The notes under the pieces were generated by a model, which was not told the origin of the DNA, made no database searches, and saw only the letters and a program-made list of their open reading frames with translations. The position numbers and the translations under genes are program-made. Shown here in pieces: positions 50,474-63,128 of a DNA stretch of 64,000 nt (within the stretch, counting starts at the first letter, position 1; the number at the start of each line of letters is the position of its first letter). The DNA is from Trichosphaerium sp. ATCC 40318 (taxonomy: Eukaryota; Protista; Tubulinea): NCBI GenBank assembly GCA_038496445.1, contig JALMLS010000353.1:377144-441143 (forward strand), written 5' to 3'.

Positions 50474-52691
50474 ATGGAAAATCGTTCCGAACTCCCAAAA
50501 AACGTCGGTATTGTGGCTATTGAGGTCTACATTCCAAAAACTGTAGTTAGCCAAACCAAGCTGGGTATGTACAGTACTTGAGTGAAACAGTAGCCAAAAC
50601 CGACCCTTATGAACTCTATTTCGTCACCTATGGCTTCTTTTTATGTATTTGTATTTTGCGTTTCACTATCTGACAATACACCCACAGAAAGTTTCGACGA
50701 TGTACCTGCAGGAAAGTACACTATTGGGTTAGGTACGCTTTTCTCTCCAATTTCTTATTTGAGACTAATTGCCCTGCGCGTTGTTGTGGCTACTTCTTCG
50801 CTATACGTAGTTGCCTTTTACACTACGCTACTGTCATAACAAAACGCTTACATGCAAATTAGGACAGACGAACATGGGCTTTGTTAGCGACAGGGAGGAC
50901 GTTAACTCCATTTCCCTCACAGGTAATTGCGTAACAACACGCGAAATAAGTTCCGTAATTTGTTCGTGTCGCTAATCGAGGCGTCAAAAGCTGTTGCCGG
51001 TCTTCTAGAGAAATACAACATCGATCCAAAGAACGTTGGACGCCTTGAAGTTGGTACAGAGACAATTGTCGATAAATCAAAAGCAACAAAAACGTCTATT
51101 ATGCGTTTGTTTCAGAAATACGGTAACTACGACATTGAGGGTACGTAAAATCTCTTTCCCAAAAAACTGTGCAAGCCACAATTGGTTTTTTTTTTGCTTC
51201 TGTGACACTAACTTGTATAGGTGTTGACAGTAAGAATGCTTGTTATGGTGGTACTGCCGCTCTATTGAACTCCATCGCTTGGGTAGAATCTAGGTGCGTT
51301 ATAAAGCTGGCTTGTTTGGCATCATCGGATTTTTTTTTGATTTCTAATAATTATTGACACTTTTACTAGTATGTGGGATGGTCGCTATGCTATTGCTGTA
51401 GCAGCTGATATCGCCGTATATGCTGAAGGTACAGTTTTGATATTATTTTGACAAGCATTGGGTTGTTTTGATTATTGTGTTAGGAAATGCTAGACCAACT
51501 GGTGGCTGTGGATCTGTTGCCATGCTCATTGGACCAGATGCACCTTTGGTAATCGAGAGAGGTATGTCTTCACTACAAAATGATAAAAGCTTTGAAGCGA
51601 GCGAATATTTAGGAATTATATATTGACATTTTTTTTTTCTTGCAGGATTGCGTGGGTCTCACTTTGAGGACGTATGGGATTTTTACAAACCAGATCCTAC
51701 CAGCGAATACCCAACTGTTGACGGTAAACTATCCATCTCATGCTACCTACGCGCTCTCGACCACTGCTACCAAATATACCGCAAGAAATACGCTGCAATC
51801 AAGGGAGGAGATTTTACAATGGATGACGCAGACTATTTTATTTTCCATGCTCCTTACAATAAGCTAGTACAAAAATCGTTTGGCAGACTTGTACGTCTAT
51901 TTGGTGATTTTTTTTTTTTTCGCAGTGCAGCTTGTACTTACCAATTTTAGCTGTTCAATGACTTTTTGGAGCACCCAAACAACCCAAAATTTGCTGACGT
52001 GGCTGAATTCAAAGGCCTCACCAGAGAAGAGACATACTTTAACCGTGGCCTCGAACGTTCTTTTGTGAAGAAGGTACTCGATAGTTGTAATTAATTACAC
52101 CTCTGCGCCTTTGTCTCTTTCTTACTGTGTTGTAGTCAAGGACAGCGTACAATCAAAAAGTTGCCCCTTCCACCATATTGCCAAAGCAACTTGGTAACAC
52201 ATATACCGCTTCATTGTACATGGGTCTTCTTTCTCACCTCACATTCTGCCCAGCAAACACAGTACGAAATTTAATACAAAATCTGGAATGGCCATCTAAC
52301 AGATTTATTTTTAGGTTGGTAAACGCCTAATGTGTTTCTCATACGGTTCTGGATTAGCTGCTACACTCTTTTCTATCAGAGTGCGTGGTCCAATAGAAGG
52401 AATTGTCCAAAGAGCTGGATTGAGAGATCGTTTGGCTAACCGCATGTTCGTAAACCCTGATGAATTTGTAAAGGTATGTTCAATGCAATCTTTATTCTTA
52501 CCTTGGATTATCTCGTAATTTTTTGTGCCTAGAAACTTCAAATGCGTCATCACCAACACAACGCCCGCGGTGCTTATCAACCAAAGGGTTCTTTGAACAA
52601 TATTTTCCCTGGCACGTACTATCTCACAAAAATTGATGACAAGAGCCGAAGGCATTACGCCAGAAAACCTTTGCTTGGCTCCAAGATTTAA
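50474..52691 (+). CDS. HMGCS: Hydroxymethylglutaryl-CoA synthase
   Basis: [58 protein letters not shown]. Ends -SKI. Confidence 0.96.
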
Positions 52692-53055
52692 AACAGAGAA
52701 TTTTTTTTGCTTGTAGATTCCCGCATTCCTTATTGTACCGGGTACTCTACACTCTCTGAATGAAACACCATAACTGCTTTATCTATTAATAATAAAGGCA
52801 TCACAGTACAGTGATAATAGTCAAAAATCGCGCAATCATTTTTCTGTTATTCCCATTGTTGTCACAACTCACGCTGTTTTCGCCAGTATTTTTCAAGTAC
52901 CCACTCAGGGGAGGGGTGAGGGCCGTAGCTTGTCAAGCATCATAACAGTCAAAATTTCAACTGGGAGATTGCTGGGCAAAAACGCCAATGTTCACCAAAA
53001 ATACTGGGTAGAATTCTAAAGCATGTATTATAAGCACCCCTCGCTGTAGTGTATT

Positions 53056-56000
53056 ATGAGTGCATCAATGAATAGGCATTTGGTGTTTGCCAAACCTCAC
53101 ACGAGGCAAGTTGTGGTTTTCTGTGATCGTGGAAGGCCTAATTAACGCGTCGTAGGAGCGGAAAAGATGTTAAAGCGACAAATGCCGGTAGGGTGATTGG
53201 TGGCGTTACAAGCGCCTATAAATTCGCCAGTGGCACCTTGTCGCGGTTTTTGGGGTCAGAAAAGTCTGTTGCGTATGAAGAGGAGCCAAGCGAACAAATA
53301 ACGTTTGCTAAACACTACTACATGTATTTGGACGGTAGGAGGTATGTACTGAGTATCCAACCGAAACCTTTACCTTTCATGATGGCCTCATCGTTAGTTT
53401 TTGTTTGTTTATTTAATGAGAACAGGAAGGAGTGCATTCTTATCGGTTATAACGTTGGGTTTCAATTATGGGACGTCACCTCCATGTGGACCTCCAGACC
53501 TACAAATATCATAGAAGAGCTCTGTTCGGTCCGCTGTTGTCAAATACGCAATGTTAGCGTACGTAGAATCGTAGACACGAGACGCAGAGTTTGTTTACTT
53601 CGTTGCAAAAGATCAGCGCATTTTTTTGATTTTATCGCAATACTGACGCCAATATTTTTCGCGTTTGCATCATTGTTTTGTTGGCTGGATGTTTTTGAAC
53701 AAATTACGTTTTATTTTGCACCAAATCTGTGGCACTTGTCAATTTTACAAGTATTACACGTTAAATGATATTGCTATCCTATACTAATGCGTAGAAAGGT
53801 TATTACTTCCACGACAATTGCACTTAAGCCAAATCATTTATTTTATCATCAGACGCCAGTTTTCGCTATTGTGTACGCTTTTAAGCAGTTCCTGGTGCAT
53901 TAATCTGTAGTTGACATTTTGTATAAAATAGAACTGGTGAAGTTGATTCCAAGCGTCAACCAGCACACAGATTATTATTCTACTCTTTGAAGACAGCTAA
54001 GTTCCTCACAGACACCCCTAAAGATTTTGCGTTGTATAATTCTACCATACTCGACACTGCGGTAAGCGACACAAGCTTTGTTGTCGTTACCAAAGGTGCC
54101 AAAAAACAAAATTAAACAAACTCAGATTATAGTCTAACTGATTATATAGAATGTGCTCACGTGTATGCGCGTCCGTTGGGTAAACAACCTAAAAAGAAAG
54201 CTAAAGTGAATGTACGGTTTGTTGTACCGCTATTTATTTTTTATTGAGTGTTTATTTTGACACTGTTCAGTTGTATTACGATAACGCAAACTTTACTGTA
54301 TCAGGTGTTTTTACCCTTGGTAGTAGATGGCTTGCGTATCAATGCAAAGAAGGTACTATTTGTCTCTCAGAGCATTCACAAAGAATTTTTTTGTTTTCCG
54401 CTAAAGGAATCATGTTACTTATTGCGTTTCTAGCTTGTCGCATGCCAGTGACAGATACATCCATTTCTATTGAAGAGGCTACATCAAACTTGGATATCAA
54501 CGATTTAACAAGATCTGTAAGTCACTTTGTTGTTCATCGTGGCGGTCAAGCAATTGAAATGGCTAAAGAAGGTGTACAAAGTGCAATGACTAGCGCTCCA
54601 CCGCCCGAGAACCTCACAGACTCACGCTTAGCAGCCCTTCAAAGAGGTGAACCTGGTCACGTATGTTTCATTATTTTCTCAGGACAGTGTTTAATATTTT
54701 GCTAGGTGAGAGTGGTAGATGTTACTCTTGATTCAGTCGATGAAATTGCACACTTCAGATCACACAATGAACCACTTACAACTATGCAATTTGATGCTAC
54801 AGGCTCTTTGGTACATTTTTTGTTTTGTTTTAATATCTTGTGTTTACTCATTTTGTTTCTTGTACAGCTTGTCACTGCATCTATGCGCGGTACAATCCTT
54901 CATGTATATAGAATATGCCCATCGCGAAACTCGTCAACTCCTTCTGCTATAAAACTGTACGTCAACAATTTTCTTGTAGCAACAGCCCTTTAATGTTTTA
55001 TTAGGTATAATCTGGACAGAGGTGTTAGTGGCGCAACAGTTAAAGTACATGAAGAGGAGAATTTTATAGTTTTCCAACTTATACGTACTTTGTAGAATAT
55101 TTCATTCAGCCCAGACTCGAGGCTAATAACTGTTAACTCCATTCCGAATGGGACAACCCGTATCCTGAACTGTTTTTTTTTTGAAACTTCTTTTATTGTT
55201 ATGAATCTTTGACTGTTGCAGATGTTTATGGTGTTGATTTGTTTGGTTCGGAAATTACAGCAAATTCTCAACTTGGGCTTCAAAAGACGCCAATTAACAC
55301 AACAGTGCAACAACACTTTGCTAAAATGAAGCGCACTAAGAAGGCACCACAAGTTGCTCTATTCCATGGCAGCGGTTCCAAAGAAGTAAGTTACCAGTGC
55401 TTTTTTTTTTTAAACCCTAACAAGTGTTTAGTTTGGTGGAATGGCATTTTTTGGTGCTTGGGAACATGAAGAGGATCACGAGAATGAAAGGCCAGCCCCA
55501 AGAAGGGTGATTGATGCTCAAAAGAAAAAACCTTATGATATGGCAGTACTTGATAGCAAGTGTATACTATCAACGTTAACAACAGCAGTTCAGCCATCTG
55601 GTAGTACTTTTTAAATATGTAAATTGTGATGCTAACAAGGTTTTATAGAAGCTACAGGTTTCCCAAGAGGTGTTGAAATGGCTGTTTTAGGCGATATGAC
55701 ATGGGATCTATGTCGCAGATCAACATGGCCTACTGTGCGTCATTTGGCACATTACTGAGATTGCTTTACAATTAATTACTGACATTCTGATTAGAGAACC
55801 ATTCATGACAATGCACAAAAAGTACTTTTCATGCCGTGTGTTTTTTAGCGATTAATAGTATTTTAGCCTATTGACGAAGAAGAGGATGAGCTCGCCAATG
55901 ATCCTGTAATAGAAAGAAACAGGTGGCTTGCCAATTCTGAGGTGGAAACATACAGGAGTGTAGATAGTCCGTTCTGGGCCTCGCCACAGTTCACGTGCGT

Positions 56001-56777
56001 GGTTTTAATTTTTTGCAACAGCTTGAGAGTTAACTCGCTGTCTTTTAGTTTGATTGCGCACACTGGTAATGCTGTAGAATTTCCAGAAGATTCGAGGAAA
56101 CAAGACAGGATATACGATGGTATTCCTACACGAGTTGTTGAGACAGTTGGTAAAACGGTCAAGAATTCCGATGGTACACGCTTTCAGCATTTTAGAAATG
56201 AGCCTTCTAGCTTTTTGACACTTTCTTTTTAGATCTTTTCCGTGATGCTCTCAATGCTTCTGATTCTGATGCATCAGATTCTGAAGAAGAAGCTTTGTTG
56301 CGTAGACCAAGAAAGAAGCGAAACTCAAGGCGTGAAGAACCACAACAACCTGTGATTGTTCCTGAGGAGGCTAACGCAATAAACTTTGAACCACAAATAC
56401 CAGCTCCAATAGCACGTGATGAGCCAGTACATAGAGAAGAACCTGTTTACCAGCTGCAACACCAAGAACCACCACTTCCTGCCATGCATAGACCTATAAA
56501 TGATCCATCACTGTTGGAGGTTTCGTTGGATTTTGATGATGGATCACATTATAACTTTGGCCCTCCGCCTAATGCGGATGCGAATGGTGCTGGCTGAGTT
56601 GTAAAGTAGACAACTTACTGACTTTTGTTTTTAGATATATTGCAGTTACCGCAAGCCAATGTACAGCACCAACAACCAGAACCTGATGTTCCTGTAAATC
56701 ACGATGGTCCAGAACCAGTCGATGAATCTTTTGTAAATAACTCTGTTCTTTTTGATGCACTAAGGGATGATGATTGA
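53056..56777 (+). CDS. BCAS3: BCAS3/ATG18f-h-like WD40 autophagy protein
   Basis: LIGYNVGFQLWDV, LGSRWLAY, IAHFRSH..FDATGSL|LVTASMRG, LDRG, NGTTHVY, WLANSEVETY..PFWASPQF. Confidence 0.85.
55160..55221 (+). other. Probable U12-type GT-AG minor intron in the BCAS3-like gene
   Basis: Donor GTATCCTG and branch-like TCTTTGAC 8 nt before the intron end. Splicing gives NGTT(H)VYG. Confidence 0.7.
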
Positions 56778-56894
56778 CTGAATTAAACTGTCTTTTTTTT
56801 GATATTAGGAGGACTAACACTACTTTGTATATACCACTAATAAAAAAAAGATTGCAGCCAACAAAAAAGATTACGTAATACTTTATTTACATTT

Positions 56895-59162
56895 CTATGT
56901 TTCATAATTAAAATTCAAATCAAGTGCGTAAGCAGCATCATCTTCAATTAGCGACGAATCTGGCTCTGAAGAAGTGTTCGTCCAAGATTTGTTGAGTTGC
57001 TATTTGGGTAGTGAGTATTTTTTGCATGAAATAAAAGGATATTGTGCGTACCACTTTGCTCTGCAAGTTTTGTGCATGAATTTGAAAGTTCTTTGACATT
57101 GGAATCTTATCCGCTTCCATTTCTTCCAATAACTCGAACGCTTCATCGTATCTCTCGTATTTTTCAAATCCTTTGAACAAAGTCAAGTAGCTCGCCGAAT
57201 TGGGGTAAACATCTGGTGTCGCTTTTAATTCTTTGTGAACTTCAATTGCACCATCGACATCTCCGCTAGCTATATAGGTGTGTATCAACACAGTGAATGT
57301 GTAAACGGTAGGAGCAATTTTTAGTTGTAGCATGTCGGTATATGTTGAAAATGCAGCTTGTAGCGAAATCTTTGCCATAGCATTTATCAACGTAGTATAA
57401 TGAACAACAGTTGGGCTATACCCGTCCTTCTTCATATCATTGATGATTTGTTGCGCATTGATGTGATTGCCTAGAAAGCTATGGACCACCAGAAGTTCTA
57501 AGTATGTTACTTCATCGTATTCGATGTTCATATCTTTCATTTTTTGTGCGATTATAAGTGCTTTGTCAAGCGATTTTGTTCCTTCAAGGTGTTTAGTTTC
57601 CTTATATTTCATTCTCAACAGCCGCAATACACAATTATAGACAACTGTGTTCGGGTTTAAGTCTATTTTGACCATGTCATCATAAAAAGCAAGACCGTCA
57701 GTGAACTTGTTCATTTTTGTGCATGCGCTAATAATGATAGAATAAGTAAGGCAATCTGGTGTTTCGCCTCGTGACACCATGACTTTATATATCTCGTGTA
57801 TTCTATCCAATTGTCGAAAGTGAGCGTAAACTGAAATCAATGTATCATAGCCGACTTTGTTGGGGTCCATGCGTTTTTCGCGCATTTCTTCTACTATTTT
57901 TAAAGCTTCTTTTGTTTCACCTTGTAATAACCGGTTAGACAAACGAAGTTTTTTCAAGCAAAAGAAAAAAAAAATAGTGATGGGAGTACCTTGAGCCATG
58001 TGCATCTGTATCATGTATATGCGTGTTTGACTATCAGGCCTAACGACTTTGGATTGTTTAATTTCTTTAACAAGCTTCAGGCCTTTGTGTAAGTCTGCGT
58101 TATTTTTTGAGTATACGTGTAGCAAAGAATTGTAAATGCCAATGCTAGGTTTCAGGCCGTCACTGACCATAGCCTTTAGGTAATACTGAGCGTGATCACT
58201 ATCATTCCGTCCAACAGCAGCGATAAGCGCAGCATATGCGATGACATCGAGCTTGATTTTGTTTTTGCGCATCCTGTCATAAACGGAAATGGCTTTTTTA
58301 CCTAACCCTTTTTTTCCGTACTCAGAGATCATGGTAGTGAGAACAACAAGCGGTGGCCGCGTATAACCGTTATCCATCATTCGTACGATCAAATCTATAT
58401 TATTGACGCCCCCTTCCGCATTGAGTGCAGCACGAAGAAGGTTGACATAAAAAAAGTCATCTACTTCATCTTTGGGTATTGAGTTTATAAGCGTTTCCAC
58501 TTGACTCCTCGTTTTGGCAACATTAGCCAGGAAGGTGTATATTTTAACTGTTGGTTTTTTAAAACGCTGCATTTCTTTGTACGCCAAATCGAAGTCCTTG
58601 ATTTGTGGCATAACCTTAAAAAATATTCTGGCCAATTGCGTGTCATTCGCATTTGGTTTCCGTGTAAGTCTTAGTTCCCGCAACACTGCTTCTGTAACAA
58701 ACCAAGTGTTAGAAACAGTCGTTTGGTGATGTCATTTTGTTGGGAGAAAATAACAAATTAAAAGCCTTGTAACTACGCCAAAACGCGATGAAGCGCCAGC
58801 TACATCATTGTTTTAAACATAATTTTGTTTTTGGGCAAATAGACACCGTTTTGATTTTAGAACCTTTTTTCTCCTCTGAGACTTGCGTGGTTACCGTTGA
58901 GCGCTTTATTGGATGCGTATTGTACTGGTTCTGCACAAAAGTAAGCGAAGCCGTGCGTTTGGCAGTAGAGTACCTTAGAAAAGCTTGGCGTGCGTATTTC
59001 CGAGCGTACTGTGCGTTTGTGATAGCGTCGTGGTTTGTGGTGTCTGTCGTTGCTGCAATACCTACGCACAGTACTACTTTGTGCGTTTACACGCGTTGTA
59101 GCCCCTTGAAACGCTACTGCTGTAGAACAAGCGCGCAATGTCATTGAATGTGCTAAAAACAT
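56895..59162 (-). CDS. Pentatricopeptide-repeat (PPR) protein, probably mitochondrial
   Basis: About 12 repeats of 35 aa (e.g. PTVVHYTTLINAM, PTVYTFTVLIHTY). Arg/Ser-rich N-terminus. Introns at ~57921-57989 (in frame) and 57000-57051. Confidence 0.92.
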
Positions 59163-59352
59163 GCTGCACAAAGTGAAACAGCACGTGTTGCACTATGGTG
59201 CGGTAAGGAACGCGTCAAACAAAGTAAAACGCATAAGTAGTGTATAGCTCCAGAGAATGCGCAAGTAGCTAAATGACATGCATGTATTCACAGCTGCACA
59301 AGCAAAAAAGGCTACACATAGTAAAAAGGAAACAATACAAAATGCCATATTG

Positions 59353-59542
59353 TTAGCCCTAGCCCTAACCCTAATTTACATTAGGTCAACCAACCCTAGC
59401 CCTAAATACAAATTAGGGTTCGTGCCATAACCCTAAATACAAACTAGGGTTCGTGCCCTAACCCTAATTGATATTAGGGCTAAATAATGTACATCTAGGG
59501 TTAGGGACTATGTGGAGTTAGGGTTTAGGGTTAGGGTTTAGG
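59353..59542. repeat. Interstitial telomere-like repeat cluster in inverted arrangement
   Basis: CCCTA(A/G) units on the left and TTAGGG/TTTAGGG units on the right. Duplicated 27-mer CCCTAAATACAAA(T/C)TAGGGTTCGTGCC. Confidence 0.8.
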
Positions 59543-59763
59543 AGTCTGCTACTATTTTTTTTTTCAAACCTTACATTTGCTTGTTAGTAACGTTCCGAGC
59601 TAATTTTGCCACATGCTATTGCATGTAGGTATTTTCGTATGTTACAAGGGACATAAAGATTAGTCCTTGTCATAATTTTGCATTTTTCTCATTATTTTCT
59701 TACTATTGTCTACATACACAATTGTCATCCACAATGTCAATTGCATGTTTGAAATTGTGCATG

Positions 59764-59905
59764 AAACTAAAGTGTTTGTTTGAATTACAAAGACTTTAAG
59801 CAGATTCAGTGAAATAGCCTTGATAAAACTAAAGTGTATGTTTGAATTATAAAAACTTTGAAGAGATTCAATGAAATTGACATAATAAAACTAAAGTGCA
59901 TGTTT
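59764..59905 (+). repeat. 62-bp tandem repeat (~2.3 copies)
   Basis: AAACTAAAGTG recurs at 59764, 59826 and 59888 with similar intervening sequence. Confidence 0.8.
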
Positions 59906-60464
59906 ATTTATTATTTGATAAATAACAATGTATGTACACTTTTTTTTTTTTTTATAATTATTAATCAATTTCAAAGAACGTAGGTGTCCCCTGGTATTGA
60001 CATACATATGCGTGTGTGATTCAATCGCCGTCACGTGATATTGTCTTAGTTTGACTTTATCAAAACACAGGATGAGCAACAACAAAGAAGACTCTCCTAC
60101 ATCTAAGGCTCTGAAAAGCCTATAAATGCTAGGAGAATACCCAAGCAGAAAAAAGGTACCAACTTCCTCCTTTTTTTTTTTAACCCCTTCCATTAGGCTT
60201 TATTAATTAAATAAAGTCTAATGGAAGGGGTTTTTTGATTTTAAAGGGTTTTTTTAAATCCCTAATTTTTCTTTGAATATTTTCGTTGAACCTCGTCGCA
60301 CATGTATACGCATGTCACGATAGGTCGCCATAGCAAAGCATTTGAGGACATATTCTATGTGTATCAATGCTAGCTATGTGCTTTATCGTGTACAGGCATA
60401 TATGTGTTTTTGATGGGTTTATTTTTAATATTAATTATATAACAAGTCAATGTATGTACGCATA

Positions 60465-60860
60465 CGTTCCGAGGTCGGAACGCATGTTTACATACATTGA
60501 CTTTTTTGGATTACGTTCCGAGCTCAGAACACATACGTTGACCTGTTTGGGTACGTCCGAGCTCGGAACGTATGTTCACATACGTTGTCCTGTTTGGGTA
60601 CGTCCCGGAACGTAACGTTTACATACGTTGACCTGTTCGGGGACGTCCCGAGCTCGGAACGTATGTTTACATACGTTGACCTGTTCGAGGGCGTCCGAGC
60701 TCGGAACGTACGTTTACATACGTTGACCTGTTTGGGTACGTCCCGAGCTCGGGTATGTATGTTGTCCTGTTCGGGTACGTCCCGAGCTCGGAACGTACGT
60801 TTACATACGTTGACCTGTTTGGATACGTTCCGAGCGCAGAACGTATGTTTACATACATTG
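60465..60860 (+). repeat. Intronic ~47-bp tandem array (~9 units) built on palindrome CGT(T/C)CCGAGCTCGGAACG
   Basis: Unit CGTCCCGAGCTCGGAACGTATGTTTACATACGTTGACCTGTTTGGGTA, which contains a second inverted repeat AACGTATGT-TT-ACATACGTT. Confidence 0.92.
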
Positions 60861-61317
60861 TTTTATATATTTAGTTGATATTTCTATTTTAACTTGTTTA
60901 TTGTTGACTATGACTAACTTTTACACTAGTTCCAGAGCCCAAAGGTATTGGCTGGTTTATATTGGCAAATATAAATTCACGCTTGAATTGGAAGAAAGCT
61001 ATTGGCACTCTGTTGGGTGAAGGGGATGGTATTGCCATTGGGTTTTTGTATGTTGCTTCTTAGATTCTCATATACTTTTGTTCCTTTCAATGTTTTATTT
61101 ACATGTATTTAGAGAAGCAATTTTACCAGACAAAGATATTACCCAAGTACATGTCAGAAGTATGCCTTTAGAGCAATTGGAAAATATTTTGAGCAATTTT
61201 TTCACTCAGTTTTACAAATACATTGGCTGCAGCATGTGATTTGAATGATCCAGAGCAGCTATCAAATTTGTTCAAGGTATGTATTTTCCCTTTCATAAAC
61301 ACACACTTGTCACGTAG

Positions 61318-61530
61318 GGTCCCAGCCTCGGAACCTATACCTTACACGCGTTTTTATTGTGTGATAGCGGTCCGAGCTCGGGAGCAATGTTAACATGCAT
61401 TTTTCTTTTATGATAGCGTTTCGAGCTAGGAACGAAATCCAAACAGGTCTATGTATGTAAACGCACGTCCCGAGCTCGGAACGTATACTTACACGCGTTT
61501 TCTTGTCCGGTAGCGTTCCGAGCTCGGAAG
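61318..61530 (+). repeat. Second intronic cluster of the CCGAGCTCGG palindrome (5 copies, ~49-bp spacing)
   Basis: Copies near 61318, 61368, 61417, 61466 and 61514 with divergent spacers. Confidence 0.85.
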
Positions 61531-62978
61531 GTTAGCACACATGCCTTTTTAGTTTACTTATTTATCAGAATTGTTGATGCTGACATTGTTTGTTTTTTTT
61601 AGATAAGATTTCCTCACTTTGATACCAAAGACTCTTTGGCAACATTCTTAAACAAAGTGATACATACTTTTAATGAAGCTCCTTCTGAGTGGTGGGAGCC
61701 TATGGCCTATGATGGAGAAATGGACAAACAGACTTGGTATAATACTTGTGTGGAAAGAATATTATATTGGCAGATTGTTATTTGGACAGAGCAATTGTAT
61801 GAGGCCACAGCATTAAATCTGACAGATTCTGAATACTATGCTGCACTGTTGATGGTGTATGCCAGAAACTCACTATCTTTCAGCAAGCTGCCGATTTTGA
61901 TGAATTCATGTCGTACGTCCGAACGAACATGCCGACCGCATGTGTATATTTTCGTTTACTCTTTGATATTGTACTTACTTCTATATTAGTTGCACTAAAG
62001 CACATGAGTCAATGAATCTGTGTTTGATTGATAAAAAGGATCTAGAAGCTTTAAATCATACAGCAGCTAAAGATGGCATGTAGAAGACCTACTACTTCCT
62101 GGGGATGTTGAACCAAAAGCTGATGAAATGTCTCATATTGTGTGTTTTATGGATGTCAGATCAGTAAACACTAGAAATATCTTGGACAAGATGGAACTGA
62201 AAGATACTCATCTCAAACCTTTGATATTGACATATAACCCTGTGATCTATAATGGGGTAAAAACACCTGGGTTTGGTGTTGCTGATGGAGCTCATTGCTT
62301 GTTGACAGCTCTCTGGTACGTCACGATCGAACGCCGTCGCACAGACGTTACGCTTGTACGGCGACGTTCGCGACACATGACCATACACAACAGTTGCCTG
62401 ACATTTTTGTTTTAGCAAACCAAGTCCAACAAATGCCAGGACCAACTCTGTCAGCAATTTTAAATTGGGAAAGCAGTTGACATGGTTTAATCCTTTTAAG
62501 GGTTTAAATGCCATATCAACATATTGCTCCAAGCTGAATGAAGACCAAACCAGAGTCACAAAGCATACATTGGTGGATAAGTGCATAGCTGCCTTGGGGA
62601 CATTCATGACACTTGCTAACCTGAAATATGACTATCATGCAGATCCAAGGTAAAGGACAATAGGATAAACAAACGGAAGTGGAGTGTCACAAGGTCTATT
62701 AAATATAAAACAAAATTAATACGTTTGGTATGTCCATTTATTAGCCCCTGAACATTATTTTTTACTAATGACATAACTAATTGTTTTGATTATTAGACAC
62801 AAGACAGTTTAGAAGGTAAATTTGGTGGCCTGAGTGAAGGCAAAACAACATCATCTGGATTGTTTTTCATGCCTGTGCCTACTATAGTGAGGACACAAAT
62901 GACTTCTGTGGTGGATAAAAAGGTAAGTGTATTTTATTTATTATGCCCTTTTACACACGCATAATGTATGTACGCGAA

Positions 62979-63128
62979 CGCTCCGAGCTCGACCGTCGTT
63001 CGACACGCGTTGCGCATGTTCGCGGACGCTTCCGAGCTCGGACGTCATGACGCATGTTCGCGTACGCTCCGAGCTCGGACCGTCTTTCTACTACATAACA
63101 TGTATTCGCGTACGCTCAAGCTCGGAAC
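62979..63128 (+). repeat. Third intronic cluster of the CCGAGCTCGG palindrome (4 copies)
   Basis: Copies near 62979, 63027, 63065 and 63113. Confidence 0.85.

Noticed and set aside
60465-60860. CRISPR array
   Set aside because: The spacers are near-identical, the array is intronic in a eukaryote, and no cas genes are visible.
60367-60878. ORFs 60367-60615, 60585-60878, 60667-60858 (and 62927-63180) as proteins
   Set aside because: They are translations of the intronic palindromic repeats.
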